Source of the DNA: Raillietiella orientalis
Lineage: Eukaryota
Direction of reading: 5' to 3'
Assembly (NCBI GenBank): GCA_036172245.1
Contig: JAYWIR010000034.1
Location: forward strand, 1,550,001 to 1,614,000
DNA: 64,000 nt
Of this stretch, positions 23,261 to 36,449 are shown piece after piece. Position 1 is the stretch's first letter, and each line of letters begins with the position of its first letter. Position numbers and translations under genes: made by a program. The notes below the pieces were generated by a model. It had not been told where the DNA came from. It saw only the letters and a list, made by a program, of their open reading frames with translations, and did not search any database.

Positions 23261-23604
23261 ATTGAAACATTCCATCACGAGGACATTTGATCCTTTTGGT
23301 GCAACTTGGTACTTCCATCATAGGCTCTGCCTTCAGACGGATTCCGTGACAGGTACTACTCTCGCCGGCTTCCATTACTTGGTTGCTTCCCATTCACCAA
23401 TTCCGCCATCTTCTCGTGGCCTTCTTTCTCCTCCTCCAAATACCCGGGACTGGTGTCCAAACGCCAACCAGAAAAGACCTTGGGATCTTGGAAACTGGTT
23501 TTCATTCAAAACTCTGCACCGGGACAAAGTCTGCTCATACCCTCCAGCTGGGAGGAAGCTACCCTACCCAGAAAGATAGGTCTATTCCCACAACACTTCC
23601 GACT

Positions 23605-23672
23605 GATACATATGTATACACACATATGTGTCTATGTGTGTGTGTACGTATACATATACACACACGCAGACA
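23605..23672. repeat. Compound (TA)/(CA)/(TG) microsatellite
   Basis: atacatatgtatacacacatatgtgtctatgtgtgtgtgtacgtatacatatacacacacg. Confidence 0.8.
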
Positions 23673-23684
23673 CATTAACACGGA

Positions 23685-23880
23685 GACTGTCAAGAAATCC
23701 TTGCGAAAACGAACCAGGTGCCCTATCCAAGGATCTTTGTGAAGCCCTCAAACGTTGCGGGCACGTCGTTAATGCTTGAATTTGGAGGGCATAAAGGCTT
23801 GAAAATTCGGACAGTTTTCCGACTTGTATGTTTCCCATTTTGTCGAACCGGTACAGCAAGGTTTCATTGCTCATCGAGAT
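23685..23880 (-). mobile_element. hAT C-terminal dimerisation domain fossil
   Basis: EFSSLYALQIQALTTCPQRLRASQRSLDRAPG resembles FPxLxxLAxxxLxxPATSxxSERxFSxAG. Confidence 0.5.
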
Positions 23881-25713
23881 TGTAAAAAAACAGTATACAA
23901 AGTGCCTTCTGCACATTGCCATCTTTATCCTCAAATTGCAACATCGTGTTTATTTGTACTTTTATAGATAGCATCCTCTGCTGTGGAACATGTTTCAGCA
24001 ACCTTTGGGAGTTTGCTACGAGGAGCTAGGCACATGAAACCTTCTCACATTCTCAGGAGTTCCAACATTCTTTGAATTTCTTAGATTTTTTTTTTCTTTC
24101 CCCTCTCCCCCTCCCTCTGCTTTCTACCCTCGATGGAAACCGAGAATAAAAAATAACTAAGGAATAATGAAATCCCTATTTCCAATCTTCTGAATCTTAA
24201 TAACGCTATTTCATACATAAATTCAAAATTAGTTGTGATTAGAATGGTTTAGTCTTCACCATTACAGGTCCGTTGTGGCACAAACTCTTGTTGAGTAGTA
24301 GACGTATCGATTTTCTTCAGACAGTGATCCAAAAACCAATGCTTTTTCCCACTTAGCAAGTTTTCATCTTTGCGAAAACATTACATTAACGAAACACATG
24401 ACTGAAGTGTCCTACACTGCGAGCTTGAACAAAATATCATGTGGTTAAAATCGCATCCAGTTTTCCTGAGGTGTAAACATGTTTTTTTTTTTAAAAAACA
24501 AACAAAAAAACAAAGAAGGTGAATCTCAGGCCGAAAAACTTCCTAATTCTAATTTAAAAACAACTTTTTTTTTTAAGGCACATCTCCAAAAAATGAAATA
24601 ATTTCAAGAGAAATCAAGGCATCCTTACTTTGACGGTTGTTTCTCTCTTTTGTGTGCACTCCTGAGTTCTGCTGCAACAGCTTTTCTGAACTGCTAATAA
24701 TTGAAGAATTTATTTGTTTTCAATAACACTGATAGGTAACAACCCTTGCATTCAGATAATTACTTACTGAGCGATTTATTGGATCGTTTTCACAATCTCC
24801 ATACATAGAGAAGCGGTTTGCACTTCTGACTAACTGAGAAGATTCCACAATGGAAGGGAGAGCATTTTCACATGGACTAAAGTGAGCACGTCCAAAAAAT
24901 GAATGCATAAAATCATGCTTACCCCAACAACTTGCCTTCAATAAATGGGACTGAATCGTGGAGTTCAGCATGCTTCACCATAAAACACACATGATCACCA
25001 ACCTGCACTTCTGCATGTCTCTTGCTTCTTTTCAGAGTGGCATTTATAATGCCCAGAACCAAACAGCTTACCAGTGTGTCTGAAACTCTTGTAACAACCC
25101 CTTGAGCAACTTCATTACATTCCAGCTGAAACTAACTCACCTGACAGTTGCTGCCTAGGAACAGGGCAAAAGGCATACAATTTTACTTTTACAGAAAACA
25201 CTGTGAGTCCAGTATCATCCACAACTTTGCCAAGCATATCTAAAATGGTGTACTTTTCGTAGTTTAAAATCAGCCCTTGGATACTAAAAAAACTGGAGTC
25301 ATTCTCTTATTCTAAAATTCAGTTTATTGACTTGCGATCGTATTTCATGCAGTTGGCATCCAAAGCTATCCTCACTCCTCTGGAAACATCACCCAAATAC
25401 TGTGGAAGAACAGGAAGAAGAATACATTCCTTTCTCAAACATATAGAGGAATTCTGTTTTGATAAGAGCTTCAATACCTTTTTATTAGTAATTAATGGCA
25501 TCGTTCTAAGGAAAGGGACGGACTTTTATAAAGGAATTGCTACAAATTTTAAGCGAGATGGTGATGTGTTGGTTTGCTGCCTCCCATCTCAACAGTACAA
25601 ACAGAAATCAAAAAATATACACTTTATTGTTTCCTTCAACACATCTCGTCTTGTTGATTATTTGCAGACATAATGCATTACCACTATAAAGCACAGCCAA
25701 GTTTTTTGAAAGA

Positions 25714-28700
25714 TCATGAAATTATACATCCACTGGGAGTAACGGTCTTCATTTTGGAAGGCATGAAATCACAGTTTGTAGGCACCAACTGGCTTTCTGT
25801 CTGTTTAGGAAACTCACATGCTACGTATTGAGAATTGCTTAACAATTGTTTATGAGAGAAAACTGGAGAATGAATTCTTTGAATAACTCCAAGATGATTC
25901 TTGAGTGCAGCTAGCAATGGCTTATAGCCCACACTGAAACCAACAGCATAGCAACAATCAGTTGACTTTCTCACCATTCTTTATTGGCCCAATGTTCCAG
26001 CTGTTCGACTCCTCCGCAAATTCTCATCAAGATACTGGCAGAAGCATCTGAACTTCGTGCTGCATTCAAAATACGAATTACAGCTAAGGCATCCCTGAGT
26101 AAAATGGCTACCAAAAGAGACCACTCCAGGCAGCCAGCATCAAGAAATAATTGCATTAGATAACAAAGCTGCATTTCTGCCTGAGATTCGCCTCTGTTTG
26201 TCACATCATGTGCTAAATCAAGAGTTCCTGAATCAGATGTCTCACACCATGCAGGAATTTCCAAACGATCTCTGTCTATTTCGCAGACTTCACCAAGAAA
26301 AGAAGCACTGTCTTCTGACTCTGGACTGCTCATCGTACTGTCATTCTCTAAAACAATTCTCAGCACTCGATCAATTTCAAACACTAACGTTTGAGGCAGG
26401 CTTCTGTCACAGCAGATAAGATGCAATCTTCTTGAAAATGATCAAGCGTTCCTTGAGAATAAAATCCATTCAAGTCTGCATGACTCATGTAACCACTGTC
26501 ACCAATTTCTTCGGAATGAGTGCACATCAACGATTCGTCTTTGGAAATCTTAGCACTAATGTTCTGAGTACAAGGATCTGTTTCCAGAACATAAAATCAC
26601 TGTCATTGCAAAGTCAAGAGACCTGTACCTGATTTGGTCCCACTCAAATGATGACCACTGCAACCCAATCCAGTTGGAAAAGGCCAATGAAAATCTTTAT
26701 GTAATTTCTTAAGCACTGCTTCGAAATTAGCGATTTTCCCTAAATCGGGATTGTTTTGCAACCAAGACACAATTTGAAAATCTAAGTGTGCAGCAAATAA
26801 ACCCAACTCATGAAGACTACCATCATGAAGCAAATTCGCAGCATGCAGTTGCAGTACTTCATCGATTCCAGGTATATTGGACTTATTACAAGATTCAAAT
26901 CCATTCCGGAAAGCTTTCGGGTTACTTGAAAAACTCCAAGTACTATTGCTAGCAGAAGGGTGCGATATTTTACACGCATCAGCAGTCTTGCGATCAATTT
27001 TAACAGTATCTATGCGCCCAGCATTTAAATTACGGCTATGAGAAATCTAAGGCAATATGAAAATCTGTGCAGTTTTCTCTTACCTGTAAATTTCCCCAAA
27101 CCATAGACACATCATTTTCATTAGCAGTAACTGGTGGAGTTATGCCGAATTTTGCATGCGGTGTGATTAATTTAACTGGAGGTGTAACATCAGCATCCAG
27201 GGCATCTGCATTATGGAATAAAACATAAGAATACAGTGATCAAACCTACCAATGGAACGACAAAACCGAATCACATCTTTGGCTAGAGTCCACTGCTGTG
27301 TATTGAGAGCAGCTTCCAGCAACCGTAATGCAATCTGTAAACTGGCTGTAGGAGTTTCAACACTCTATAAAATGTCTGATGAAAACATTAAAATTCTACT
27401 TAAGAACCTGTAAAATAATCAAGTAGCTTGCAGCTATAAGCAACTGGCCCTGATTCATGCATTGAAAGAATAGTGACTGGGGGCCACCAGTAGCAGCAAA
27501 GAGATGGGGCCACAATGCAAGTTCTGATTTGCGTGCACATCCTACCACAACTGCTAAATAGCAAGGAAATTCTTTGATGAAATCGATGATGCTGGGAAGA
27601 AGTGCATCGGGTAAAGGTTCCTTGCTAGTGGCTTCTTCCTCAAGAACCTGTTTCCCAAGTGCTACAGTGCTGTTTTAGATTGCTTACACTATGCAGAAGT
27701 AATTCCAATGAATATGTGAAGTAAGGAAGATCTTGAAACCGAAGGGCCAAATTCCAAGCAGAAAAACCAAGATTGCACTGTAACAGCTGCTTGAAAACAT
27801 TGCTCAAAAACAGATCAGTCTGGAATATAAGAAACCATGAGAAAAAAAGCATCCACACAGAATCGTACCACTCTAATTAAAGTGCTGAACTGAAGGGGAG
27901 AGCACATCAAAGGCAAATGTTTCATATCGATTTCTACACCTAGCAACAAACCAGCTTCATGTGAAATGGCTGAAAATAAATAGCCAATAAAAAACATAAA
28001 CATGCAAATAAGGAACACACACTATTTTACTAGGGAACAACCAGTAAGAATTTGCATGAAATCCTAAGCGGTTTCAAAGAAAAACAGAAAATTTGCACAG
28101 CTTACCCAAAGGGTAGATTGATGTCTGGATGGGAAGCATAATTCGCTTAGACATGAAGGAATGGAATTTATCTCGCTCATCAACATGCAACGGCAACCAT
28201 AAACGCATGCCTGATCCACCACACTGTATCCATAAAATGTCCTCCTGATTGAAACGTTCATCCTTCAACAACCAAAAAGCTTCAACACAAGAAGCTAAGA
28301 CGTTACTGACGTTCTGGAAGGAACATCAATGCAATCATTCCACAGCAAATTGCAAATGGGTTTTTACCCCAGCAAAATGTGCATACAAAAGATTTTCTGA
28401 AATTAAGACCCGGTAACTGATAGTAGGATGGAAAACCTACTAGTAACTCATTTCGAAAATTAATAAAAATACCAGTCCCAAACTTTCGATTTCAGTTTTA
28501 AGTTGAAAGCCATCAAAAACGCAATTCATCATACATGCAAACATAACATTTCAAAATTTTACCATGACTCTCATTTCCTCCACGTTACTGTCACTCATTA
28601 AATCTTGAACCAAAAGGAGACGTCCACTAACGTTTATGAGTAAACTTTCATTTTCCGGAAACTCCAATGACATATCCAAGCCTAGGCAAGCAAGTACTAT

Positions 28701-31700
28701 GGATACAACACATACAGGATGCACACAGAGCATTGACAGATCAATGTGATGGCGAATGTTTAAAGAGACATGCATGTCACGATCTGATGGGTATTCTCAG
28801 TATTGCATTTCTATTTTATTCACTTACTTTTCTGTTCATGAGCCTTGATTTTCTCAATATCATAAATGAGTAATGATGATTCAGCTGTAAAAATCCCTAC
28901 AGTATCACTATGAAGAGATAACAGCAAGATCTGTGCTCCAACACACAAAGTCTGTAGATACATGTTGTCAAGTTTTCCATCACTCGGATAAATTCGCAAT
29001 TCATCTTGACTATGAACCATGTTGAAACAGCCAACAAACAAGTAATGATCCCACCAAATCAGACCCCCAGTGACTACAAAATCTCTTTCTTGATTCTCAT
29101 TTCCAAAGAGTTTCCATTTTTTGGTGATTAACGAGTAAATGGCAAAACCTGTTTGCCCAGCCACAGCTATAGCACCTCCTTGATGATCCAGAGAAACAAA
29201 CTAGGTTTCTAAGAATGAATAGTGCTTCAGCAAACTAGGATTCATCTACCCTTAACGGCCAATTGCTGCTCAAATAAGAATTGGGAACCATGATTACAGT
29301 CCATGTTCTGCTGCTAACTGCTGGTGTGAACAAATGGTTTTGCTCATTTGTAGATGCATGGTCCTGGTGCTTATACAAATTCAAATGGCAACTTGTATTC
29401 AGAAAAATCCGGTCTTCCATGAACAGCACCAACTCCTTCTGTCTCTATTAGTGGAATCAAGTACTACAAGACTGCAAAAGAATCTCATACCACTTGACTT
29501 GGCATAGTTGTCAAAGTGCTTTTCGCAAATTTCCATTGTAAAATTTGAATTAAAGATTCTGGATCGTTTTTCAAATTACCGTTTGATTCAAAAAGGTACG
29601 GCTTTTGGGTCTGGCAAACAGTCCACATGGAAAATCCTTCAAGCCCCCACTCCTTAAGTGAAATTATTGAAAATAAAAATAATAGACTAAACTCACCAGA
29701 GATTTCACATGGAAAGCATGCCATTCTTGTGGATTACTTCCTGTTTCCCACGCAAACGAACAAAACAACAGAGATCCAAACACGCTCCATAATGAAAAGC
29801 CACATCTCTCCCATGTAACAGCTAGAACATAACCATCTGGAGACCAAGCTAAATTTTGAACAGCTCCTGGTCTCTCAGAACAATGCTTGCTTGACAAGAC
29901 TAATTCATGTGAAAACTCTAATCCACCAGTTGTGTCATCAATGTTATAAACTGATACCTGGGAGCTTACATACAGCAAAAATAAAAGTGTCAGACATTTT
30001 GTCCTACCTTTTCCGACCAAATACTAATAGACGATACCGATGATTTACGGCAGTACATGTGGCATCAAGAAGATTTATAGCCCAAATTCCTTGAACTTGC
30101 TACTAGGGAAAAGGATTAGTAAAAAGAAATTCTATGTCACTTTTGAATCAACTGACATATGAATCAAAACAAGAAAATGATTTCATTGGATAATGGGTTA
30201 TTATAATGAAAGCACACGATAGCAAATCTAAGTCAGTGTTTTGCTTTTAAGAAACAATGGGATGCCCTTTACTATCAGAATGACATTAATAATAACTGAA
30301 ACTCGAGTTTCAATGCCACAAAACTAAACGAGTTCCGGGAACATTCGTTTCCCACTTTTCTAAAAACACATCCATGAATTCCTCGATGAATTTCTGCTAG
30401 AAATTTCACAATGTCAGGTAACCTATGAAAACAATATCAGAAAAAATACATTACAAGGAAAAGAATATCAGAAAACAATCAAATGAAAATAGTAAATTCA
30501 TCTGTAAGATTTTTTTGGATCATGTTCCAATATATCTTCAGAAGCAGATTCTCCTCAGGTTCACATTACATTTGGGAGAAATATCTCAGCAAAAGGTTAG
30601 AAGAATTTAAGGAAAAGAAGAGAAAGACATTTATGGCACAAATTATCATCACCATATCCATAAAGCTACCTAGTAACAAGAAAAAGGAAATATCAATAAC
30701 AAACATTTCCAAGAATATGTTTTCACTAGTAATTATTTCTAAGGAAACATTTTCTGATGAGAACCTAGTAGTTGAAATTACCAAATTACCACCATAAAGT
30801 TTGGCTTTCACATTCAGGGTGTATACATTTAAAAGTGTAAACTCAATTGGTGATCAGAACCATTTATTTAGCAGATTCATGTTTACTCACATTAGGGTCA
30901 AAATTCATTGTCACAGATGTCAGAAATGCTGCTCTTCCATTATTCAGAACAATTCCAAATCCTCCCAATAAGGGTGAGTATTCCATATGAACAACATAAA
31001 CTTTAGCTTCAGAAATCGGAACAGCTGTTTAAAAACAGTTTTATTAGTTGAATAAAACATGCAGAATGCATTTCTAACCAAATGCTGACAGTTTGTCTGT
31101 TGAAAATGGAATTCTATAAAGATCCAAGCAAAAATCTAAACAACGGATTCCATTCCACTGATATCGCAAAATATCACCATCCTTTGTTGTTACTTTGAGT
31201 TCATCTCGGATACTACTTATGCATATTATTCTTGGAGAAACCCAAACTTCCTTGAACTAAATTATGTAATAACGTATTAAAACAAAATTAAAACAGGGGT
31301 TTCTATCGATCATTTTTTATCGATCCTTTTTAGGAAATTTTATTAATATTTTGCATGCAAAACTTCACATATCTGATCACTACCTGTATTAAGAATACAC
31401 GTCTACAAGAAATTCTAGGTATAAAAATGAAATAACAAACTTACAAAAGACATTTTTAAAGGAAAAACACATTCCTTAAGCAAAAGCTCACTGGATTTTA
31501 TCTGTAATCCTTGGACTGGGTTGTCAATTAGTTTGTAGATTGCAGTTTCATTCGGAATCTCCAGTGAGTAGAACAAAAGGTGTCCTCCCTTAGTCTGGCA
31601 AAGATTTTATTCAACTTAAGGCACTCTTTCAGAAAAAACAAAAGGAGCACAAAACTTATTTTACAAATTGAAATTTGGGTAATTCACTAAGAATCCATTT

Positions 31701-33271
31701 AAACTGTACTGAACTAATAAGTTACAGGATTCACAGCCACACATGAGTAACACAATAAATACATGATCAGACAAGTTGTGTACTTTGTAAAAAATGTTAA
31801 GTGCACTGAAAATTTTTGTGTACCTCAACAAGCTTAAGTATAGAAAATCCAAAGTTCATTAATATTAAACACTTGCTTTCAAAGTAATGTAAAAATGAAC
31901 TATTTCAATGAAAATGAGTAAATTATTTTACAAGAAGAAAAACTTACATGTGTTGGCTTTAATCACAGGTTAAATAGAGATTCTTTGGAAATAATATTAT
32001 ACAACTGAACAACAGAAAACATGAATCATTTAGGAATAATACTCCTTATTATATGGATCAACATGTTTACAAATGCTTTATCACATATGCATGTCCCATA
32101 CATATAATTTAACACTAGGTATACATCCTTTTGAAGGAAAAGTGAACTAAATGACACATCTCAAATTCATAGATGGTTTTGCATGAAAACTCTTAATACT
32201 TGAATGGATAATCATAATCTAATAAACACATGAATTCTGTGGGACATCAAATATGGTTACTTTTACTTTTGCTTGCATTTTTTTGGAGGTAATTTGCAAT
32301 AACTGTTCCACCTACACTAATCTTGTAGGTACAAGAGTAATGTAATGTAGATACAATAACAATGTATCCAGTATTCAAACTGAAACTTGTTTTTGATAAA
32401 AAATGAGGATTTATAAACAAAATGTCTTGTTTTGATGGCACTCATTCTGCTTTCAATAGCTGACATTTTGACTTTGCATGCTCTTAGGAGGTTTCTATGA
32501 TTAAACACAACACATGCATTTGATGGTTGCCTTTCTCTGCTCTAAATTTCCTCTGCTTTTTGAAACCTTGCTTAAAATTCACAAGACTACCCTTGTATTG
32601 ATATGCAGAACCTCTACACGTTTACATTGTTCATCAGATTTCCAGAATGTCTCATAATATAGGACTGACTATTTGAAAGACTGAGAATTTATATATTTGC
32701 ACCGAGAAACCAGCATAAGTCAATCATAACTACACTTATAGTGGCTTCTGCTATTAAAAAACTTAATAGCCAGAGCCATGAAATTTAATAACTTCCTTAT
32801 ATTCACAAAACATTTACTCCTACAAGTCAAAATTATTTTTAATATATGTTTTGCCTAACCACTGAATTGACAGAATAATAAATAGTAATATACATTTTAC
32901 ACCTAAAGCATGAGTAAACGAAAAACAAAAACCACTCAATATGCTGAAAGTCAATTAAACAATTTATTTACCATAATAACTATTTTGCAGCTATCCGGAT
33001 GCCACAGCATTCTTTCAAAACATCCATACTTGAGTTTAAAATCCTCGCACTTGTTTTTCAAAATTGGAAAAATAAACTTGAGAAGAAAATTAGTACGAGC
33101 ATTCCCACATTTCATATTTACCTTGGCAAACCATATTGAAATAAAATCATCACCGAGTATGGCAAATAACACTTTATCTCTATTAAAGGATATTTGCTTC
33201 ACTTTGACCAGTGCACACTCGCATTTGGGAGCAAAGGATAAAACATTTGGCATACCAACTGGGTAATACAT
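25714..33271 (-). CDS. RIC1: RIC1, Rab6 GEF complex subunit (Ric1-Rgp1; Drosophila Rich), ~1381 aa, 21 exons
   Basis: Exons (minus): 33271-33122, 33076-32972, 31594-31445, 31256-31079, 31024-30891, 30099-30008, 29964-29697, 29652-29491, 29444-29250, 29200-28828, 28783-28563, 28313-28106, 27969-27869, 27819-27688, 27647-27408, 27364-27250, 27205-27084, 27046-26629, 26577-26389, 26347-25975, 25933-25714. All GT-AG, phases consistent, total 4146 nt. Recognisable RIC1 motifs: MYYPVG, WHPDS, WSPDG..LAV.W...[40 protein letters not shown]...[58 protein letters not shown]. Confidence 0.95.
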
Positions 33272-34575
33272 GCTCTTTATCGTAAGTTTGCAGGATTCTA
33301 AACCGACTCTGCCTTGATCACAGAAAAAACTATAGCCGCCTACCGAAAGTTCAAACTTTTATCCATTTAAATGAGCTATGTATACATAAGGTCATAACAG
33401 TGAAGAAATCGTTCAAACAGTCATTAATGCTGTTTTGCATAATTGGACATTACACGTAGGGTTGTAAGCCTGTACATTTGAGCCACTTCAAAGTCACATT
33501 TAAATCCCAATAGCAACAGAATTCTACATGATGCAACGTTGATTATACACAGCAATTCACATCCTCATATGCAATCGCAGTAACTGGTTCAGGATTACAC
33601 ACCTATAAATTTCCTCATTCAATAATTTCAAAACCTCGTATCTCTTTAAATCTCACGTAATCAGTATTGAAATTTCAGTATTTACGAACATAGGTACATT
33701 CTCTATGAATCATATTTCTGTTTTCATTATTGATTTTTTAAAATGTGATTGAGGTATTAGTTATTCTAATGCAGAACAAGAAAAATGTAACTTAACAAAC
33801 AGCAGTATACATACAATGTAATGAATAGCATTGTCATTGTGCGGTATATTTTTGTTTTCATAAACACCGGAAAGCATTCATTAGGTTTATTTAATCAAAT
33901 CTTCAAAAACATTAATAATTAGAATATTTGAAGTCTTATAGAGAGAAAAAGGTAGGTTTTCGGCATACAGTACTGTGAAACTAATGTACAATAAAAGAAC
34001 CTATAAACGCTGAGATACGAGTTGTCTCATAATTTATATGCAACTGTCTACAATAATAAATATTCTTCAGGTTCATTATCAGACTGAGGAATGAAACTGA
34101 AGATACTTGTTCTTATGCCATTTTCCTGGTACACTCAGTATTCCTCACTCAAGTTTGATTTAGCCTAGAAATAGATTTGATGAATTGTCATTTATCACAT
34201 ATGTATATCTGGCTACATATTCTCTTCCACCGAGAGTGTTTTCTCTTTGCTTGCAATTTTTCTTTACTTTTTGATTTATCATATTTTTTTTGTAATGGCT
34301 TCCGAAAACGTGGGCATTGAGATTTTAAAGATAAGTCTTCAGTTCCTTGTTCTGTATCCTCCTTTCGATACTTACATTGATGATTGACCCATTCTTGTAC
34401 GGTAGATGGCCTGATGCACTGAAAAGCGTATAATTGCTCTCTCTTTCCTGTAAGAAGCAAGATCTTTTTTTTATCAATAATGACCAAATAAGTATTGGAA
34501 ACAGCAGTGCAAAATTTTTTGATGTAGAATTACAGAAATTTCAAATTACTCAAATCTATTCGTGTCTCTAAATAT

Positions 34576-35231
34576 GCTCGTGCTGGTAATCATGTGGCTA
34601 CGGTTTCCGCACGTGGCACCAGGTGTTGCGGTATTGAACACCCGTAAAGGATGGACGCCGAGAAATGGATGCGTCCTGGGTTTCGGGTTCTTCCCTCAGG
34701 AGAACGCCGGTTCGGGTGCGGTGGCACTGATGGAAGCCGGGTGCCTCCGTGGACTGGCCGGGACTGGAAGTCCTTCCAGAAATCAAAGAGCCAGCTCCCT
34801 TCGTGGTTCCCCTCCGGTTGCGAAAATGGAGCCGTCCATCGCGTTCCATGGTTGATACCTCCAGAGTGTTAAGAAGCGCGCTGCTCCCTTCGAGGAGCTC
34901 CCTGCAGGGGGAGCGTCCCTTCGGGTCCTCTTCACAGGAGTAAAGAAAAGAGCGGTTCCTTTCTGGTTCCCTTCGAAGAAGAAATGAGTAGTGGTCCCTT
35001 ATGAGGATCTCCCCGTAGGGGATAAGGAAGAGGTTCCCTTCCGGGTTCCTTTCCAAGCATAAGGGGAACGGGGGATTCCTACCTATGGAGTCTTCCTGGA
35101 TTCATAGGGTAGTCCTTTCCCTGGGTACCCCCTAACTTAAAGAGTAACGCGCACCCTCGCGTGTCATGAAAGAGTCGTAAGGAGCTTCGTGATCCCCCTA
35201 GGCGCAATAGTCCTTGAGTACTTAACGAACC
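34576..35231 (+). mobile_element. tRNA-headed SINE-like element, copy 3 (diverged, ~655 nt)
   Basis: The head gctcgtgctggtaatcatgtggctacggtttccgcacgtggcacc...ggtattgaacac aligns to the head of copies 1 and 2. Shared internal blocks: gagcggttcc..ggttcccttcg and cttcctggattcataggg. Tail gagtacttaacgaacc versus ggtacttagcgaacc. Confidence 0.75.
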
Positions 35232-35929
35232 TCCCCCAAAAAGTGGAAATAATTCGAAAATTGAAACCAGCTGCAAGAATGTTGCTGGGTGAAGGTGCCT
35301 TTTTTTCCGGTGTCAGGCATCTGTATGGAAAGCTGCGAAGATCGGAGGTACTTCCAGCAGTGAGAAAAGTACGGAGTGCACAAAGGCTTATCGGAACATT
35401 TGGGACGCAGTCCTTTCGTCCACTGATGGACTCATCCTCGATTCTGAAAACCGAGAGCGATAATGAAGTGGAGTGATAGCCAGGTTTTAACAAGCTGCTG
35501 CTGAGTTAAATTTCTTAATTAAAGGTTGTGATAAAGCATCATAGGACCCCGTATACTTCGGAGGGTGCCTTCCGCCTTACGTACGGATCCGTGTTGTCCA
35601 AGCCCTATACGCAGCACACGGATGATGACATTTGTAAGACATGAAACGTCCCTTAGACGTTATAACAGGAGAACGTTTGTTTACCTTTAAAGCAAAGAGA
35701 AACAACCATTAAAAACAGAGAAAATAATAAAACAACAAGAAGAAGCTTTTAGATTGGCTGACTTTAAACAATTCTCCAACTTCAGATCTGTCATTCCCGC
35801 TGTTGAAAGTGCATCCTGTTGAACTGTCCACGGACACTTCAACTGTCTTTCTGGATGTTGCTTTCCAAGTCTTTCTGGATTTGAAAATATGGAGCCGCGC
35901 AGCATTGCAATTCTCTCTCCATCGAAGCG

Positions 35930-36280
35930 CTCCACCGAAGGGTCATTAATTTGTCCGTAGCTTTTTGGCCAGCTCTAACTCTTCATTTAAAACTTGTAAG
36001 GATCTTCCTCCATCATCACATGGAATGTTTGAAACTGAGCTGTCAGCTAGTCGTACTGGCTCTTCTACACCTTGGTCACTATTAATTAATGCACTGATAT
36101 CCTCCTTGTTCACGTCGTCAAATTCCTCTCTATCCAAAGTTTGGACAACGCTTATTGTGAGATTCACCTTCATTGCCATCGAGGTTGCACGATCTCTAAT
36201 TACGGGCCCAGTTTCTCTCCAGAAAGCATTCAGAGTCCAAAGTTTCAAGTTTTTCAAGGGCAAAAAAATAATTTCCGGAC
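35930..36280 (-). mobile_element. Tigger (TIGD1-like) transposase C-terminal fossil
   Basis: TLNAFWRETGP...VVQTLDREEFDDVNKEDISALINS...LNEELELAKKL...PSVER resembles the Tigger pattern LNACWKKLWP...GEGFxDxxxxDVxELLxS...DPxxER. Confidence 0.6.
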
Positions 36281-36449
36281 AGTTAAAATTAAATTCTAAT
36301 GATCTTGATTAATTTTTGGTGATTTGAGTTTTTAAATTTTGAGTTTAATTGAAAATTTGAAAATCTTTCCACAGTCGCCTTCCTGCTTTATCTGAATTAC
36401 AACCAAGCCTTGCCAAAATTGGCTCAAGTGTTCCGCGCATGTAATAAGA

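Noticed and set aside
30425..30811. ORFs inside RIC1 intron 5 as a nested gene
   Set aside because: A-rich, low complexity, with no recognisable domain or consistent splice structure.
34188..34487. Lys-rich minus-strand ORF upstream of RIC1 as an extra exon or gene
   Set aside because: No recognisable homology, and RIC1 already starts with its conserved MYYPVG N-terminus. Left unresolved.
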